Shown here one piece after another: positions 61,694-64,000 of a DNA stretch of 64,000 nt (the first letter of the stretch is position 1; each line of letters begins with the position of its first letter). The stretch lies in NCBI RefSeq assembly GCF_009914755.1, contig NC_060925.1; one strand, given 5' to 3'. A program made the position numbers and the translations under genes. The DNA comes from the human T2T-CHM13v2.0 reference genome, Homo sapiens. The notes under the pieces were generated by a model that had not been told where the DNA came from, did not search any database, and saw only the letters and a list, made by a program, of their open reading frames with translations.

Positions 61694-62129
61694 TCAATTA
61701 TCTTTTCATAGAAATGATGTCATTGTTATACACATGCAGTTTCTGTGGCATTGGAATGAGCGTGACACCATAAAAATAATTCTTAAAGATTGTCAATGTA
61801 GTGTTTTCTATATCATTGTTTATGAGAGTTATGGTTTCTGTTGTTTTTCGTGCATAAAAAATGCAATTTTTAAGTATTTTTAAAAATCAAACATTTGTAA
61901 ACCATAATCTCCTGCATATTGTTGGTACTGTAAGTGCTACTTAGGTAACAGAAATGTTATAAGTATTTGATAAGATGCTTCTAAACATTATACATAAGAA
62001 CAGTAGGCATTTAAGATAAACAGAAGTGTAAAATACATTTAATCCTAGGCCTTGACTTTTTTTTTTTTTTTTTTACATTCTGGATAATATTATCTACTCC
62101 CATGACATTTCAAGTGGATTTACTTGTGT

Positions 62130-62830
62130 AAATGTGCACATGATTCAAAGCACCAAATATCTGTTTGGTCTTTTCAATAATTCTTCCTGGGTAGCTGTCC
62201 CTTCTGCTAATAACTTCATCTTTCATCAAGACTAAAAATAAACTTTTGAGATATCGCCCTTAAGTTTTTCTCTACTTAGACTGTTTCTCTTTCACGCTGT
62301 TGCCAGATTATCTTTCTAAAGGCAAAATCTTGGTCATATGACATTCCTGCTGAAATATCTCCAACATCTTATGTTGTATAGAGGAGAAATTCTAAACTCT
62401 AGCATGAACTTAGAGGCCATCAGCAATCTGTCCTTAGCCTAATTTTACTAGTTTCATAGTTTGCCCAGTGATCCTCCTCTAACCACCATATTATTAAGCC
62501 ACATTTAACTGCATGCTGTTTCCACACCTGCCTTTATGAATCCATCTTCACACGCACTGTTTGCCCTGAGTATCCTTATTTTGCCGCTCAAATGTCCCTT
62601 GATTTCTCTAGGATTCTGCATCCTTATAACACTGTGCCTAGATCACCATAACATTAATACATTACATTACAGTTAATTGTTGAAGTCTTTCTCACTAGAC
62701 TAGGGACCCTTTAAAAGCATGAACTAGCCAATATTTTTGTAAATCCCTTATCCTGTGCCCATTGTGGGGACTTGACATGTGGTAGGTGACATGCCTTTAT
62801 ATATTGTATTGGGTGCAGTTGCAGGGTTTA
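62130..62830 (+). mobile_element. L2 fragment
   Basis: gctgttgccagattatctttctaaaggcaaaatc; cactagactagggaccctt. Confidence 0.6.
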
Positions 62831-63094
62831 AATACTTTTTCCCTCTGAAAGAACTTGTTTGAACTGTAAAAGTGTCTAAGGAATATAGTACCTTTTTCCC
62901 CTATCACATTCTTCCAAAGTAGGACCTGTTAAGGATATTCTGGTAATTTAGTTGTGGGTAGGGGGAGGTAACCTTAAAGTATGAAATATAAAATCTTGTT
63001 ATAATTCACTTGACAGTAAATATTTAAAACTAAGTTAAATAGCCCAAGAGAGTTATCTATACTAACACAAGTTAGGAAAGAATGAAAAGATGGT

Positions 63095-63348
63095 TGTTAG
63101 AAACAAATGCTTCGTGCTGCAAAGAAGAATCAGCACTCTGGCAAAAAGCTTTCTCAGCAAGGCAATTCACTTCTGAAGAAGGGTGCCACTCATACCTGGT
63201 GTGGTCACAAGAGCACACCGAGCAGGGTATGGCAGGGGTTTTTATCCCTAACAAAGTTCCTAGCACTTCTGTGTCCTTTCCCCATTGGCTGGGTTTGGAC
63301 CTCACAATCTAAGCTAACTTGATTGGCTAAGGTTTAAAATTGAATACA
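63095..63348 (-). mobile_element. LTR10-like (ERV1) partial LTR
   Basis: tgttagaaacaaatgct...ctcagcaaggcaattcacttctg resembles a reversed LTR10 3' end; CCAAT boxes present. Confidence 0.55.
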
Positions 63349-64000
63349 GTTAATTTCCATGTATTAACTTTCTAGACAACCTTGAACAGGTCCTTGTACA
63401 ATTAAAAGATTGGGTCAGATCATCTGGCAGATTTCTTATTGGGTAGTTACAAATGACTAGATAAATAGTAGTTCCATAAAATTTAATTTCTAAGATAGGA
63501 CATTTAATGAATTTACTGAAGCTGATATTGGGCTATAACTTAAATGGTTTTGACTCAGTGAAAGTTGAGTTAATGAAGGAAAAAGTCACCTTTCAGGAGC
63601 ATTTGCTCCCAGGGGTGGCACATTAAACAGCATTATTGTGATTATGATCTTTACCTCTTCCCCCAAACTCCCTTACATAACCAAAGGTTTCCTCTTAAGT
63701 CTTCTTTATTTCTCTTTAAATGTAGAGGTCATTTAGTTCTTTAAGGGGGAAAAGACAGTAATTTGAAAACGTTCAAATGCCAACATTTTTTTCACATTTA
63801 AAATCAGTAAAATAATTATTCTTAGGGCAAGACAAAATGGGTAAAAATGACTCATATATATTTGCAGGACTACGGGAGTCATAATAAAGCAAAACATTTT
63901 TTTCTGTATGTCCAGTGTTAGATTTATAAAATCAAAGTCATACAAAGACTGATGTTTAAGCACATTAATCTTCTATTATAATGTTTAGACCTCTCTTAGC

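Overview
Human, AT-rich, repeat-dominated intronic DNA with no host-gene exon I can confidently recognise. From recollection only, the layout resembles MAGI3 intron 1 at 1p13; this is unverified. The centrepiece is an L1HS Ta-0 element (48926-54958, +) with intact ORF1 (338 aa) and ORF2 (1275 aa). It lacks exactly the first 21 nt, including the YY1 site, and sits inside an old Alu with a 13-15 bp TSD, matching the published description of the active source element LRE2. This copy has a single substitution that truncates antisense ORF0 and converts ORF0 splice donor 2 to a perfect CAG|GTGAGT. It also has a cluster of ORF1p C-terminal changes, including Y282F, and a downstream ATTAAA about 0.47 kb away that suits 3' transduction. 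Other content: an HNRNPA3 processed pseudogene (short isoform), a young 636-bp non-repeat retrocopy with poly(A) and a TSD, a full-length L1PA6, a near-full-length older L1PA, several truncated L1s, a piggyBac (Looper-like) fossil at the core of a four-level nest, a MER85, Tigger3, MER3/MER33, MaLR and ERV1 LTRs, L2/MIR and many Alus. I see no wholly new biological system; the most novel-looking items are copy-specific features of the L1HS and the unidentified retrocopy.
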